From an uncultured Flavobacteriales bacterium (lineage in GTDB: Bacteria > Bacteroidota > Bacteroidia > Flavobacteriales_D > JABDKJ01), in NCBI GenBank assembly GCA_937875855.1, contig CALFHF010000203.1:5670-69669 (forward strand): a stretch of DNA of 64,000 nt. The letters are read 5' to 3'. The notes beneath the pieces are model-generated. The model was not told where the DNA came from. It did no database searches and was given only the letters and a program-made list of their open reading frames with translations. The position numbers were made by a program, and so were the translations under genes. Shown here piece after piece: positions 18,041 to 27,524 of the stretch. The first letter of the stretch is position 1. The number at the start of each line of letters is the position of its first letter.

Positions 18041-19158
18041 ATTTTGAAAAGGTCAGAGGCGAATCTATCAGCGAATAAGAGTCCTTTTCTGTTCAAGATA
18101 AGGATGTTTTTTTCGATGCTGAATTTCCCTTCGTACTTGGCCAATACTTCCCTTTGATCCTTAAGTAGATCTACACCGAATTCAGACTTCAAGTAGTTCA
18201 AATCCAAGCCCCATTTCGTGCGGCTTCGGGTGAGTAGGTATTCATTCAATGCCGTGCGGGAATCAATACGCTCTTCTTCCCAATAGCTTTCTCCCTTCCT
18301 CAAGGCATCCATGTACACTCTGTTATTGGAGATATTCCATCTGCGAGTTTTGCCATTGTACGAATGTGCTGAAGGGCCTATTCCTAAATATTTTTTTTCC
18401 TTCCAATAGGAACTGTTATGCTTGGAAATATGTCCATTTCTTGCAAAGTTAGATACCTCATATTGCTCATATCCTGCCTCAGCTAAGCGATCTATCAAAT
18501 AGATAAATTGGCGTTCTACTTCTTCTTCGTCAGGCAGGCGGAGTTCTCCTTTTATTACTTGATGAGCATAGGCGGTTCCTTTTTCTATGGTTAATGCATA
18601 GGCCGAAATGTGATCTACATCCAAGGCGATAAATCGCTCTACTACTTCATCAAAAGGCATGAGTCCTTCTTCAGGCAATCCAAAGATGATGTCAACAGAG
18701 ATAGAATGGAACCCGAGTTGCTTGGCCAAGACAATAGCCTGTTCTGCTTCGTTAGCATTGTGGCTCCGGTTCATAGAGGTTAATAGGGCGTCATCAAAGG
18801 ACTGAATCCCTACACTCAATCTATTTACTCCGCTTTCTTTCCACTCCTTCAGTTTGTTAGCGCTCATATCATCCGGGTTAGCCTCTAAGCTAATCTCTGC
18901 GGTATCAGATACTGCATGGGTATCTCTAACGTGCTGAATGAATTTTTGAATAGCTCCTGATGGAAGAATGCTAGGTGTGCCGCCACCGAAGTAGATGGTG
19001 TTTAGGATCTCCTTAGAAAGCTCGATGGCTCTGCTCTTCCATTCTTTATGCATGGCTAGGAGCATTCCTTCAGTCTGATTCAATTGCACGGTGAAGTGGA
19101 AATCACAGTAACTGCATTTCTGCTTGCAAAAGGGAATGTGGATGTACAGACCGGCCAT
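18037..19158 (-). CDS. hemW: radical SAM heme chaperone HemW (HemN-like, oxygen-independent coproporphyrinogen oxidase family)
   Basis: N-terminal LYIHIPFCKQKCSYCDF (CxxxCxxC) and GGGTPS. The ~373 aa length is typical of HemW. Confidence 0.88.
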   Translation of the reverse strand: MAGLYIHIPFCKQKCSYCDFHFTVQLNQTEGMLLAMHKEWKSRAIELSKEILNTIYFGGGTPSILPSGAIQKFIQHVRDTHAVSDTAEISLEANPDDMSANKLKEWKESGVNRLSVGIQSFDDALLTSMNRSHNANEAEQAIVLAKQLGFHSISVDIIFGLPEEGLMPFDEVVERFIALDVDHISAYALTIEKGTAYAHQVIKGELRLPDEEEVERQFIYLIDRLAEAGYEQYEVSNFARNGHISKHNSSYWKEKKYLGIGPSAHSYNGKTRRWNISNNRVYMDALRKGESYWEEERIDSRTALNEYLLTRSRTKWGLDLNYLKSEFGVDLLKDQREVLAKYEGKFSIEKNILILNRKGLLFADRFASDLFKI

Positions 19159-19182
19159 AGAGGAACCAAAGGTAGTCCTCTA

Positions 19183-19461
19183 TCACATCTTAACTATGGT
19201 GAATTCAGTTCTTCTGTTCAGCTGATGTTCTTCTTCAGAACAATCGCTCTTCACTTCGCCTTTACAAGCGCAGTCATTGAACAACTTCTTCTCCCCTGCT
19301 CCTTTTACAGTTAGACGCTCAGGATGCGTTACGCGCTTACATATGTATTTAGCAGTCGCCAAGGCTCTGTTATTCGAAAGCCTATCGTTATAGCCCATAG
19401 ATACTCTAGAATCAGTAAGAGAAGTCAACTCGATGGCTATTAAGGTTTCCGTCTTAGACAT
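19183..19461 (-). CDS. OmpA-like C-terminal domain fragment (possible gene remnant)
   Basis: From M37 of the track ORF: SLTDSRVSMGYNDRLSNNRALATAKYI ... RLTVKGAGEKK ... CSEEEHQLNRRTEFTIV. This is the distal part of a peptidoglycan-binding OmpA_C domain. No signal peptide and no N-terminal domain. Confidence 0.55.
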   Translation of the reverse strand: MSKTETLIAIELTSLTDSRVSMGYNDRLSNNRALATAKYICKRVTHPERLTVKGAGEKKLFNDCACKGEVKSDCSEEEHQLNRRTEFTIVKM

Positions 19462-19475
19462 GCTGAACACTGATT

Positions 19476-19503
19476 TTAACCGATTTTTTCTCAAAGCGTG
19501 TAA
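19476..19503 (+). promoter_or_regulatory. candidate ECF-type (autoregulated) promoter: AAC-N16-CGT
   Basis: ttAACc at 19476-19481 and CGTgtaa at 19497-19503 with a 16-nt spacer, about 15 nt upstream of the GTG start of the ECF sigma gene. Based on motif resemblance only. Confidence 0.25.
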
Positions 19504-19518
19504 CTTCATGCTGGACTC

Positions 19519-20031
19519 GTGCGTCCCCATATAGAATCCGGCCCTGTGGATACGAAAAGCTATAACCAATGTGTTGACCTATACTCTGACAGAGTGTATC
19601 GTTACATCCTTAAGAACTTGAAGGATGCTGATGGTGCTAAGGATGTAGTGCAAGATGCCTATGCACGGCTATGGGAAGTTCATGACACGATTGATCTGGA
19701 GAAGAGTAAGTCTTGGCTTTTTACTACCGCGTATAGGGTCATGATTGATGGAATACGGAAGAATTCTAAGCAGAGTCCTCTTACTGAAAAACATGCTGAA
19801 CCTATCCATTCCACCGGGTATTCAGATTTGCAGGAAATTCTGAATGAAGCTTTGGACCTGCTTGTTCCCATACAAAAACAAGTGGTTCTGTTAAGAGACT
19901 ATGAAGGTTACTCCTATGAAGAAATAGGAGAAATAACTGCGCTCAACCCTTCACAAGTAAAAGTGTACCTCTTCAGAGCTAGAAAGAAACTGAAAGACTA
20001 TCTCGTTAGCATGGAAAACATCATAGGATGA
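19519..20031 (+). CDS. ECF-subfamily RNA polymerase sigma-70 factor
   Basis: Region 2 (DVVQDAYARLWE ... SWLFTTAYRVMIDGIRK) and region 4 (LRDYEGYSYEEIGEITALNPSQVKVYLFRARKKL). GTG start. There is no in-frame ATG near the N-terminus. Confidence 0.88.
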   Translation: MRPHIESGPVDTKSYNQCVDLYSDRVYRYILKNLKDADGAKDVVQDAYARLWEVHDTIDLEKSKSWLFTTAYRVMIDGIRKNSKQSPLTEKHAEPIHSTGYSDLQEILNEALDLLVPIQKQVVLLRDYEGYSYEEIGEITALNPSQVKVYLFRARKKLKDYLVSMENIIG

Positions 20032-21023
20032 GAAAGAAGATAGACAAATCGAATTACGAGGAATGGTTCATGGATCATCTTGATGGGATATTGAATTCAC
20101 TAGAAACAGAATCACTTCAGTCTTTCTTAGTCTTGAACCCAGACCTCAGTGCAGAACTAGAGTCCATGTCTTCATTTCAACTTCATGTACCTGATTCTAT
20201 CGCGCTTTCAGCCGACATGAAGGCTTCCATGAAAAAAGAGGAGCTAGAAGATGAGTTTATCATCGGTATGATGGAGTCTGACAATAGAGCTGGCATATCA
20301 CTTTCTTCAGAGGATCTATTGCTGCTTTATGAGTATGAAAAGACTAGGTTAAAAGCAGACTCAAAGATTCTCTTTCCTGATCATGAATCTTTGAAGAAGA
20401 ACGATGGGATTGTCATTCCACTATGGGTTAAAGTCACTGCTGCAGCCGCTTCCTTATTCTTTGCTTTTTTATTGATTAGCCCTGAAGATGTTGATCGCTC
20501 ATATCAAGCTCGTGGGCCTGAGATTATCAAATGGAATTATGCCATAGAAAACATCCAAAAGCCTATTCAACTTGCCTCTGAAGAGCAATCTCTAGCGCCA
20601 GTTCAAACTATTGAAATTCATGAAAGACCACTGCTCGTTCAAGAAAAAGTGATTCCGAAAAAAGAGTCTCCTCCTTTGGCCAAAAAAGAAAAAGATACCC
20701 TGCAAAATAAAGCGCCTATTCCTGTCATTGAAGAAGAAAAAATATTGACTCAAGAACTCCCTGAGGAAACTCCAAAGCAGGTAATCGAAGAGCCTCTTTT
20801 TGTGCAAGAGAATCCCTCAGTAAAAAGCCATCCACATCACGTTCCTGTAAGTAGTTCATTGAAGGAAGGAAAGACCGCTAGCTCTGCTCTGGATATATTG
20901 AAAAAAGTAACGGCTAATAGCGAAATACTTGCCATTCAACAAGTCAACGAAGGAGATCCATACATAGAAGGATTCCTGTTTTTAGGCTCTTTCTCCCTCT
21001 CTGTCAAAAGAAAGCGCAAATAA
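20028..21023 (+). CDS. putative anti-sigma factor / single-pass membrane protein
   Basis: ATGA overlap with the sigma gene. One TM segment (VKVTAAAASLFFAFLLISP), followed by a P/E/K-rich low-complexity region. The role is inferred from context only. Confidence 0.55.
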   Translation: MRKKIDKSNYEEWFMDHLDGILNSLETESLQSFLVLNPDLSAELESMSSFQLHVPDSIALSADMKASMKKEELEDEFIIGMMESDNRAGISLSSEDLLLLYEYEKTRLKADSKILFPDHESLKKNDGIVIPLWVKVTAAAASLFFAFLLISPEDVDRSYQARGPEIIKWNYAIENIQKPIQLASEEQSLAPVQTIEIHERPLLVQEKVIPKKESPPLAKKEKDTLQNKAPIPVIEEEKILTQELPEETPKQVIEEPLFVQENPSVKSHPHHVPVSSSLKEGKTASSALDILKKVTANSEILAIQQVNEGDPYIEGFLFLGSFSLSVKRKRK

Positions 21024-21089
21024 ATTTTCTCTTTCTGTAACATCTATAGAGTGCGGCACGTCATAGCTGCAGAACAAGAAACCCTGATT

Positions 21090-22001
21090 ATGAAAAACTC
21101 ATTACACATAGTATTCGCCCTTATGCTCACCGTTCCTATGAGCGCATTCTCTCAAGAAGGAGAAGAGATTCGAAAAGATGATTCTATAGATAAAATAAGT
21201 CTTCCTAGAACTAAGGAAGACGGACTCCAAGTCAAAGTATATACGATAGATTCAATAAGCGGAGATGTTAAGGACACCACTACGATAAAGTTCAAGCACA
21301 GCACGGTATACATCGTTTCTGAAAATGACAAAGACTCGCTGGACCCTACAGAAGTAAGCCGCGAGCGAAAAAAAGACCTCACCTATTGGGCTGGTATAGA
21401 CCTAGGTATTAATGGTTTCCTAAGCCCAAGTGGAGATATAGACCTGGGCAAAGAGAACGATTATATGGAGTTAGATTATCCACAATCACGTTCATTGAGC
21501 ATCAATGTCTTTGAACAAAAACTCAGGCTATTCAAGGACTATGTTGGTGTCACAACAGGTGCTGGAATTCAATGGAACAGCTATAGACTTGCCAATGATT
21601 ACACATTATCCACTACCAAGGATACGCTATTCGCTGTAATGGACAGCAGTATTAATCTAAAGAAAAACAAATTCAGAACTACTTGGATTAACGTTCCCTT
21701 ACTCCTTGAGTTCAATACAAGCCAGACGCAGAAGAACAATGTTCACCTATCTGCAGGTGTCGTGGGAGGGCTTCACCTAGGTACTATGTACAAGCAAAAA
21801 TACACGAGTGAAGGAGCGAAATCACGCTATAAAACCAAGAATGACTTCAATGTGGCTCCTTATAAACTCGAGGCTATGGTCAGGCTCGGTTATGGTTCTT
21901 TCAATGTCTATGCAACATATCAGCTCACTGAACTTTTTGAAAAAGGAAAAGGGCAAGAACTTTATCCCTTCACTTTAGGTGTGACCTTGGTAGCATTTTA
22001 A
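21090..22001 (+). CDS. outer-membrane beta-barrel protein (porin-like), function unknown
   Basis: Signal peptide MKNSLHIVFALMLTVPMSAFSQE, alternating amphipathic strands, and a C-terminal ...LGVTLVAF ending in aromatic F. Confidence 0.7.
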   Translation: MKNSLHIVFALMLTVPMSAFSQEGEEIRKDDSIDKISLPRTKEDGLQVKVYTIDSISGDVKDTTTIKFKHSTVYIVSENDKDSLDPTEVSRERKKDLTYWAGIDLGINGFLSPSGDIDLGKENDYMELDYPQSRSLSINVFEQKLRLFKDYVGVTTGAGIQWNSYRLANDYTLSTTKDTLFAVMDSSINLKKNKFRTTWINVPLLLEFNTSQTQKNNVHLSAGVVGGLHLGTMYKQKYTSEGAKSRYKTKNDFNVAPYKLEAMVRLGYGSFNVYATYQLTELFEKGKGQELYPFTLGVTLVAF

Positions 22002-22112
22002 TGCTTCTACTGAAAGCAATTACTTCCCGTAGTTTAGGATGTCAAGACACGTCCGGAATGGGTCCAATTTCATAGGAGATTGGACTCTTCTGTATATTGA
22101 TGAGCCAATGTC

Positions 22113-22120
22113 TATTTTTG
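22113..22120 (+). promoter_or_regulatory. -7 box candidate (TAttTTTG) upstream of the carboxyltransferase gene
   Basis: Exact TAnnTTTG lies 21 nt upstream of ATG 22142. It is downstream of the track start 22097, which supports 22142 as the start. Confidence 0.35.
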
Positions 22121-22141
22121 ATCCCGATCAATACGAATGAC

Positions 22142-23683
22142 ATGAGCACTGGAGCCCAGATCCTACAAGAGAAAATAGACCAAGCCTTAACAGGTGGTGG
22201 CGAGAAGAGAATCGCCTCTCAGCATGCCAAAAACAAGCTTACCGCAAGGGAGAGAATTCACTTTCTACTTGATGAAGGAAGCTTTGAAGAAATAGGCATG
22301 ATGGTCACTCATCGCTCTACTGATTTCGGATTGGATGAACAGGTCTTCCTTGGAGATGGAGTCATCACAGGATACGGTACTATCCATGGACGACAGGTAT
22401 ATGTCTTCGCTCAGGACTTCACCGTGCTTGGAGGTTCCCTCGCTGAGGCTCATGCTCAAAAGATATGTCGTGTGATGGATTTAGCCATGCAGAATGGTGC
22501 TCCTATCATAGGGTTGAATGACTCAGGAGGTGCGCGTATTCAAGAAGGCGTAGTTTCTCTTGCAGGATATGCAGACATATTCTATCGCAACGTGCGGTCA
22601 AGTGGTGTCATTCCTCAGCTTTCAGGTATCATGGGACCATGTGCTGGTGGAGCAGTATATAGCCCAGCTCTCACTGACTTCATTTTTATGGTGGAGAACA
22701 GTAGCTATATGTTCGTTACAGGCCCTAACGTAGTGAAGACTGTAACGCATGAAGATGTGAGCTCAGAAGAACTTGGTGGAGCAGCTGCACATAGCTCTAA
22801 ATCAGGTGTTTCGCATTTCTCTTGCGAGAATGAACTGGCTTGTATCGAGCACCTGAAGAAAGTGCTCTCCTACATCCCTCAGAATTGCGAAGAAGAGGTT
22901 CCGCGTCTTACTTACACTGCAACTGACGAAAGCCGTATGGCTCTGAATGACATCATTCCTGATTCCTCCAATCAGCCCTATGACATGCACGAAGTGATTT
23001 CTTCTTGCATGGATACTGAGAGCTTCTTAGAAGTTCACAAGGCCTTTGCGGAGAACATCATTGTTGGCTTCGCTCGTCTGGCTGGCAGAAGTATAGGGGT
23101 TGTTGCGAATCAGCCTGCACACCTAGCTGGTGTGCTTGATGTGAATTCCAGCATCAAGGCGGCTCGTTTCGTGCGTTTCTGTGATTGTTTCAATATTCCT
23201 CTTGTTGTATTTGAAGACGTTCCTGGATTCCTCCCTGGCACAGATCAAGAGTGGAGTGGTGTGATCAATCATGGAGCTAAACTGCTCTACGCTTTCAGTG
23301 AGGCTACTGTACCTCGCGTGACCGTGATCACGCGTAAAGCATACGGAGGTGCATATGACGTGATGAACTCCAAGCACATTGGCGCAGACATGAATTACGC
23401 TTGGCCTACCGCTGAGATTGCGGTCATGGGTGCCAAAGGTGCAGCTGAAATTATCTTCAAGAACGAGATTAAATCTGCGGCATATCCTGAAGCCAAATTG
23501 AAAGAGAAAGAAGCGGAATACGCAGAGAAATTTGCCACTCCTTATCGTGCTGCTTCACGCGGTTATGTAGATGAAGTGATCCTCCCGTCAGAAACGCGAA
23601 AGAAGCTCATTAGCGCAATGAAGATGCTTGAGAATAAGGTGGCAGAACTTCCTCGTAAGAAGCACGGGAACATTCCCCTTTGA
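22142..23683 (+). CDS. pccB: acyl-CoA carboxylase carboxyltransferase (beta) subunit, propionyl-CoA carboxylase / methylmalonyl-CoA carboxyltransferase type
   Basis: About 513 aa. Strongly typical blocks: [73 protein letters not shown]. Confidence 0.9.
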   Translation: MSTGAQILQEKIDQALTGGGEKRIASQHAKNKLTARERIHFLLDEGSFEEIGMMVTHRSTDFGLDEQVFLGDGVITGYGTIHGRQVYVFAQDFTVLGGSLAEAHAQKICRVMDLAMQNGAPIIGLNDSGGARIQEGVVSLAGYADIFYRNVRSSGVIPQLSGIMGPCAGGAVYSPALTDFIFMVENSSYMFVTGPNVVKTVTHEDVSSEELGGAAAHSSKSGVSHFSCENELACIEHLKKVLSYIPQNCEEEVPRLTYTATDESRMALNDIIPDSSNQPYDMHEVISSCMDTESFLEVHKAFAENIIVGFARLAGRSIGVVANQPAHLAGVLDVNSSIKAARFVRFCDCFNIPLVVFEDVPGFLPGTDQEWSGVINHGAKLLYAFSEATVPRVTVITRKAYGGAYDVMNSKHIGADMNYAWPTAEIAVMGAKGAAEIIFKNEIKSAAYPEAKLKEKEAEYAEKFATPYRAASRGYVDEVILPSETRKKLISAMKMLENKVAELPRKKHGNIPL

Positions 23684-23757
23684 GCCTAGTATGGTTCGTT
23701 ACATAATTTGTGTGTTTCAAATTATTTGGGCAGTCTAGCAAAGGACTGATTAGGCCT

Positions 23758-24954
23758 TCATGAGATTACTCCCATCTCCTCTCCTACTTCTTTGAAGGCC
23801 TTAATTGCTTTGTCCAAATGATGCTGTTCATGTCCAGCTGATATCTGCACTCGTATGCGTGCTTTTTCTTTCGGAACCACAGGGAAGAAGAATCCTATAA
23901 CATAGATTCCTTTCTCTAAAAGCTTATCAGCCATGATCTGCGAAAGCTTCGCATCATAGAGCATAACAGGAACGATGGCCGAATCTCCTTTCACGATATC
24001 AAATCCCAATTGGCCCATTCCTTTTTTGAAATACTCTACATTCCACATAAGCTTATCACGCAAGCTCGTTGAGCCTGATATAATTTCTATGACTTTCAAA
24101 CTTGCTCCAACAATGCTCGGAGCTAAACTGTTTGAAAATAGATAAGGACGAGAGCGTTGACGTAGCATTTCTATAATCTCTTTACGTCCTGTAGTGTATC
24201 CGCCCATCGCGCCTCCCAGTGCTTTTCCCAAGGTTCCAGTAATGATGTCTACTCTACCCATTACTCCGCAGTGCTCAGGAGTTCCTCTACCTGTTTTTCC
24301 AATAAAACCAGAAGCATGACACTCATCTACCATAACCATGGCGCCATATTCATCGGCCAAATCGCAGATTCCTTTCAGATCAGCGACTACCCCATCCATA
24401 GAGAAGACACCATCAGTCACTATGATTTGATTTTTGCATCCGTCTGATTTAGCGCTTTCTAATTGTTCTCGCAAACTAGACATGTCATTGTTATCATACC
24501 TATAACGCTTAGCCTTACTCAAACGCACACCATCAATAATAGACGCATGGTTCAATGCATCAGAAATAATCGCATCATCAGGTCCTAGCAGGGGTTCAAA
24601 GACTCCTCCGTTCGCATCAAAGCAAGCTGCGTAGAGAATGGTGTCCTCAGTGCCATGAAAGGTTGCAAGTTTTTCCTCTAATTCCTTATGAATGTCCTGA
24701 GTGCCGCATATAAAACGCACGCTAGACATGCCGTAACCATGAGAATCCAGGGCATCTTTAGCGGCTTGAACCACAGCAGGATGTGAACTTAATCCTAGGT
24801 AATTATTCGCACAGAAGTTAACCACCTCTGACCCCGTGGAGACTTTGATCTCAGCGCCTTGTGCTGAAGTGATAATGCGTTCTTTCTTAAAGAGGCCAGC
24901 CTCTTGTATGTTCTTGAGTTCTCTTTGTAATTCTTGCTTGATGCTTCCGTACAT
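23758..24954 (-). CDS. kbl: glycine C-acetyltransferase (2-amino-3-ketobutyrate CoA ligase)
   Basis: 398 aa. ANNYLGL, DECHA(S)GF and the PLP-lysine context [10 protein letters not shown]. The N-terminus is typical of Kbl. Confidence 0.88.
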   Translation of the reverse strand: MYGSIKQELQRELKNIQEAGLFKKERIITSAQGAEIKVSTGSEVVNFCANNYLGLSSHPAVVQAAKDALDSHGYGMSSVRFICGTQDIHKELEEKLATFHGTEDTILYAACFDANGGVFEPLLGPDDAIISDALNHASIIDGVRLSKAKRYRYDNNDMSSLREQLESAKSDGCKNQIIVTDGVFSMDGVVADLKGICDLADEYGAMVMVDECHASGFIGKTGRGTPEHCGVMGRVDIITGTLGKALGGAMGGYTTGRKEIIEMLRQRSRPYLFSNSLAPSIVGASLKVIEIISGSTSLRDKLMWNVEYFKKGMGQLGFDIVKGDSAIVPVMLYDAKLSQIMADKLLEKGIYVIGFFFPVVPKEKARIRVQISAGHEQHHLDKAIKAFKEVGEEMGVIS

Positions 24955-25136
24955 GTCTTCAATGGATTATAGCGGCTAAGGTAAAAATAGAATGCCTGAA
25001 ATAATTTCATACACAAGCACTCAATTGCAATCTTTAGGGTACTGCAATTTTCATGCAATAAGCCTCAGCAAATGCATCATTCTAAGAGATTATAAGTCAT
25101 CTATTGATAAAAATGATGTTCTTAACTGGGAATAGA

Positions 25137-26924
25137 TTAATCCAACTTCAAAACCGCCATAAATGCCTCTTGCGGAACCTCGACATTTCCAACCTGACGC
25201 ATGCGCTTCTTACCCTTCTTCTGCTTCTCTAAAAGCTTACGTTTGCGAGAGATGTCTCCTCCATAACACTTAGCAGTAACGTCCTTTCTAAGGGCTTTCA
25301 CTGTCTCGCGAGCGATAATCTTCGCTCCAATAGCCGCTTGGATAGCAATCTCGAATTGCTGCCTCGGGATGAGCTCTCTAAGTTTAAGACAGATCTTCTT
25401 TCCTAGGTCAAAGGCATTTTCACGGTGAATCAATGCCGACAATGCATCGACCGGATCACCATTTAACATCATATCCAACTTCACGAGATGCGATTGCTTG
25501 TATCCACTTGGATGATAATCGAAGGAAGCATACCCCCTTGAGATGGTCTTTAGTTTGTCATAGAAGTCGAAGACAATCTCACCCAATGGCATATCGAAGC
25601 TAAGCTCCACACGGTCTTGAGTCAGATACACTTGATTCGTCAATTCACCACGCTTCATGATGCACAAGCTCATTACTGATCCAACATAATCACTTTTAGT
25701 GATAATCTGCGCTTTAATGTATGGTTCTTCCACATAATCCAATTGGCCTGGATCTGGTAAATCACTTGGATTGTTCACTATTAACTTGACGCCCTTTATT
25801 GTATACGCTATATAGGACACGTTCGGCACCGTGGTGATTACCGTCATGTCGAACTCACGCTCTAATCGCTCCTGCACAATCTCCATGTGCAACATACCTA
25901 AGAATCCGCATCGGAATCCGAAGCCCAGCGCCACTGAGCTTTCAGGTTCGAAGACCAAGGATGCGTCATTCAATTGAAGTTTCTCCAAGGAAGCTCTCAG
26001 CTCCTCATAGTCATCTGTATCTACCGGGTAGATACCCGCGAATACCATGGGTTTCACATCCTCGAACCCCTTGATGGCTGTGGTGCTCGAATTCTCGACC
26101 GAGGTGATGGTATCTCCCACTTTTACCTCTTTGGCCACCTTGATCCCACTGATGATGTATCCAACATCTCCTGTAAAGACCTGCTCCTTAGGTAGCATTT
26201 CCATCTTGAGGACACCTATCTCATCTGCCTGATATTTCTTGCCGGTATTGATGAATTTCACCCATTCTCCTTTGCGAACGGAACCATTGAGCACGCGGTA
26301 ATATGCGATGATGCCCCGGAAGGGGTTGAACACCGAGTCGAATATCAAGGCTTGCAGAGGAGCATTAGGGTCTCCCTTAGGCGCAGGGACTCTGTCAATA
26401 ACCGCTTTCAGGATTTCCAATACACCTAAGCCTGTCTTACCACTTGCAGGGATTACATCCTCCGCTGCACAGCCTATGAGTTCTATGATTTGATCAGTCA
26501 CTTCCTCTGGCATAGCGCTTTCGAGGTCCATCTTATTCAAGATGGGTATAATCGTGAGGTTATGTTCAATGGCCAGATAAAGGTTCGATATCGTCTGAGC
26601 CTCAATTCCTTGTGTGGCATCTACGATGAGGAGGGCTCCTTCACAAGCCGCAATAGACCTTGAAACCTCATAGGAGAAGTCAACGTGTCCTGGGGTGTCA
26701 ATAAGATTGAGCACATAAGCTTGACCTTCATGCACATAGTCCATTTGGATAGCGTGGCTCTTAATGGTGATGCCGCGTTCTCGCTCCAGGTCCATATCGT
26801 CCAAGGACTGAGCCTTCATATCACGGTCAGAGATTGTACCTGTGGTCTGGAGCAGTCTATCAGCCAAGGTGCTCTTACCATGGTCAATGTGGGCGATGAT
26901 GCAGAAATTACGTATGTGCTTCAT
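25137..26924 (-). CDS. lepA: translation elongation factor 4 (LepA)
   Basis: [36 protein letters not shown] and the LepA C-terminal domain. The track start at 26945 is probably too far upstream. Confidence 0.93.
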   Translation of the reverse strand: MKHIRNFCIIAHIDHGKSTLADRLLQTTGTISDRDMKAQSLDDMDLERERGITIKSHAIQMDYVHEGQAYVLNLIDTPGHVDFSYEVSRSIAACEGALLIVDATQGIEAQTISNLYLAIEHNLTIIPILNKMDLESAMPEEVTDQIIELIGCAAEDVIPASGKTGLGVLEILKAVIDRVPAPKGDPNAPLQALIFDSVFNPFRGIIAYYRVLNGSVRKGEWVKFINTGKKYQADEIGVLKMEMLPKEQVFTGDVGYIISGIKVAKEVKVGDTITSVENSSTTAIKGFEDVKPMVFAGIYPVDTDDYEELRASLEKLQLNDASLVFEPESSVALGFGFRCGFLGMLHMEIVQERLEREFDMTVITTVPNVSYIAYTIKGVKLIVNNPSDLPDPGQLDYVEEPYIKAQIITKSDYVGSVMSLCIMKRGELTNQVYLTQDRVELSFDMPLGEIVFDFYDKLKTISRGYASFDYHPSGYKQSHLVKLDMMLNGDPVDALSALIHRENAFDLGKKICLKLRELIPRQQFEIAIQAAIGAKIIARETVKALRKDVTAKCYGGDISRKRKLLEKQKKGKKRMRQVGNVEVPQEAFMAVLKLD

Positions 26925-26932
26925 TAGGGGCG

Positions 26933-26940
26933 CAAAAGTA
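26933..26940 (-). promoter_or_regulatory. -7 box candidate (TActTTTG on minus strand) close to the lepA ATG
   Basis: Plus-strand caaaagta is an exact reverse complement of TAnnTTTG. Only 8 nt separate it from ATG 26924. Confidence 0.3.
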
Positions 26941-27134
26941 GCCATGTAAAGCTATATCAAGGGAATAGATTACAATCATTTTATTTTTCAGAAAGCTCCC
27001 GTATTCCTCGACCATTCGATTATCTATTAACTTACGACATCAATCTTTGTCAATTTATAGCCCCCTCTGAGACCTGTATATCTCCCTGATTTCTTAGCTT
27101 CGATCCTTCGAGCTTAAATCAAAGCCCTTCAGAC

Positions 27135-27524
27135 ATGACCTTGAACAGATTAGTCCTTTTTATTTTTCTGCTTGTTGGAACAAGCACTTTCGCCCAAAAA
27201 CCTACCGTTGACGAACGTCTCTTGAATCAGTTCTCTCAAGAACAAATCAAGGCTATGGATGCTCCACGGCTCGCGTATTGGACCTTTTACTTAGACCATA
27301 GTTTTCAAATAGTGGCCATTCCTGATCAAAAAGCAGAGTACTTGGTCGATTTACCCACTCTAAATGTTCCTTCTAAAGGATTTCACGCCTTCTCTATTAA
27401 CCTTGATGAATATCAAAAAGAAGGCGCCCAACTCCTGTTCAGAGGAGAAAAGAATATGCTGCTGATCAAGCCTATGAGTCAGCTGATCGAAGAATTCAAC
27501 ACTTACTACCAATCTAGCAAGTAA
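27135..27524 (+). CDS. hypothetical secreted protein
   Basis: 129 aa with signal peptide LVLFIFLLVGTSTFAQ. The stop overlaps the next start (TAATG). No recognisable domain. Confidence 0.65.
   Translation: MTLNRLVLFIFLLVGTSTFAQKPTVDERLLNQFSQEQIKAMDAPRLAYWTFYLDHSFQIVAIPDQKAEYLVDLPTLNVPSKGFHAFSINLDEYQKEGAQLLFRGEKNMLLIKPMSQLIEEFNTYYQSSK

Noticed and set aside
20592-20807. 71-aa minus-strand ORF rich in F/R/L
   Set aside because: It is the antisense reading of the A/G-rich low-complexity (P/E/K) region of the anti-sigma-like gene.
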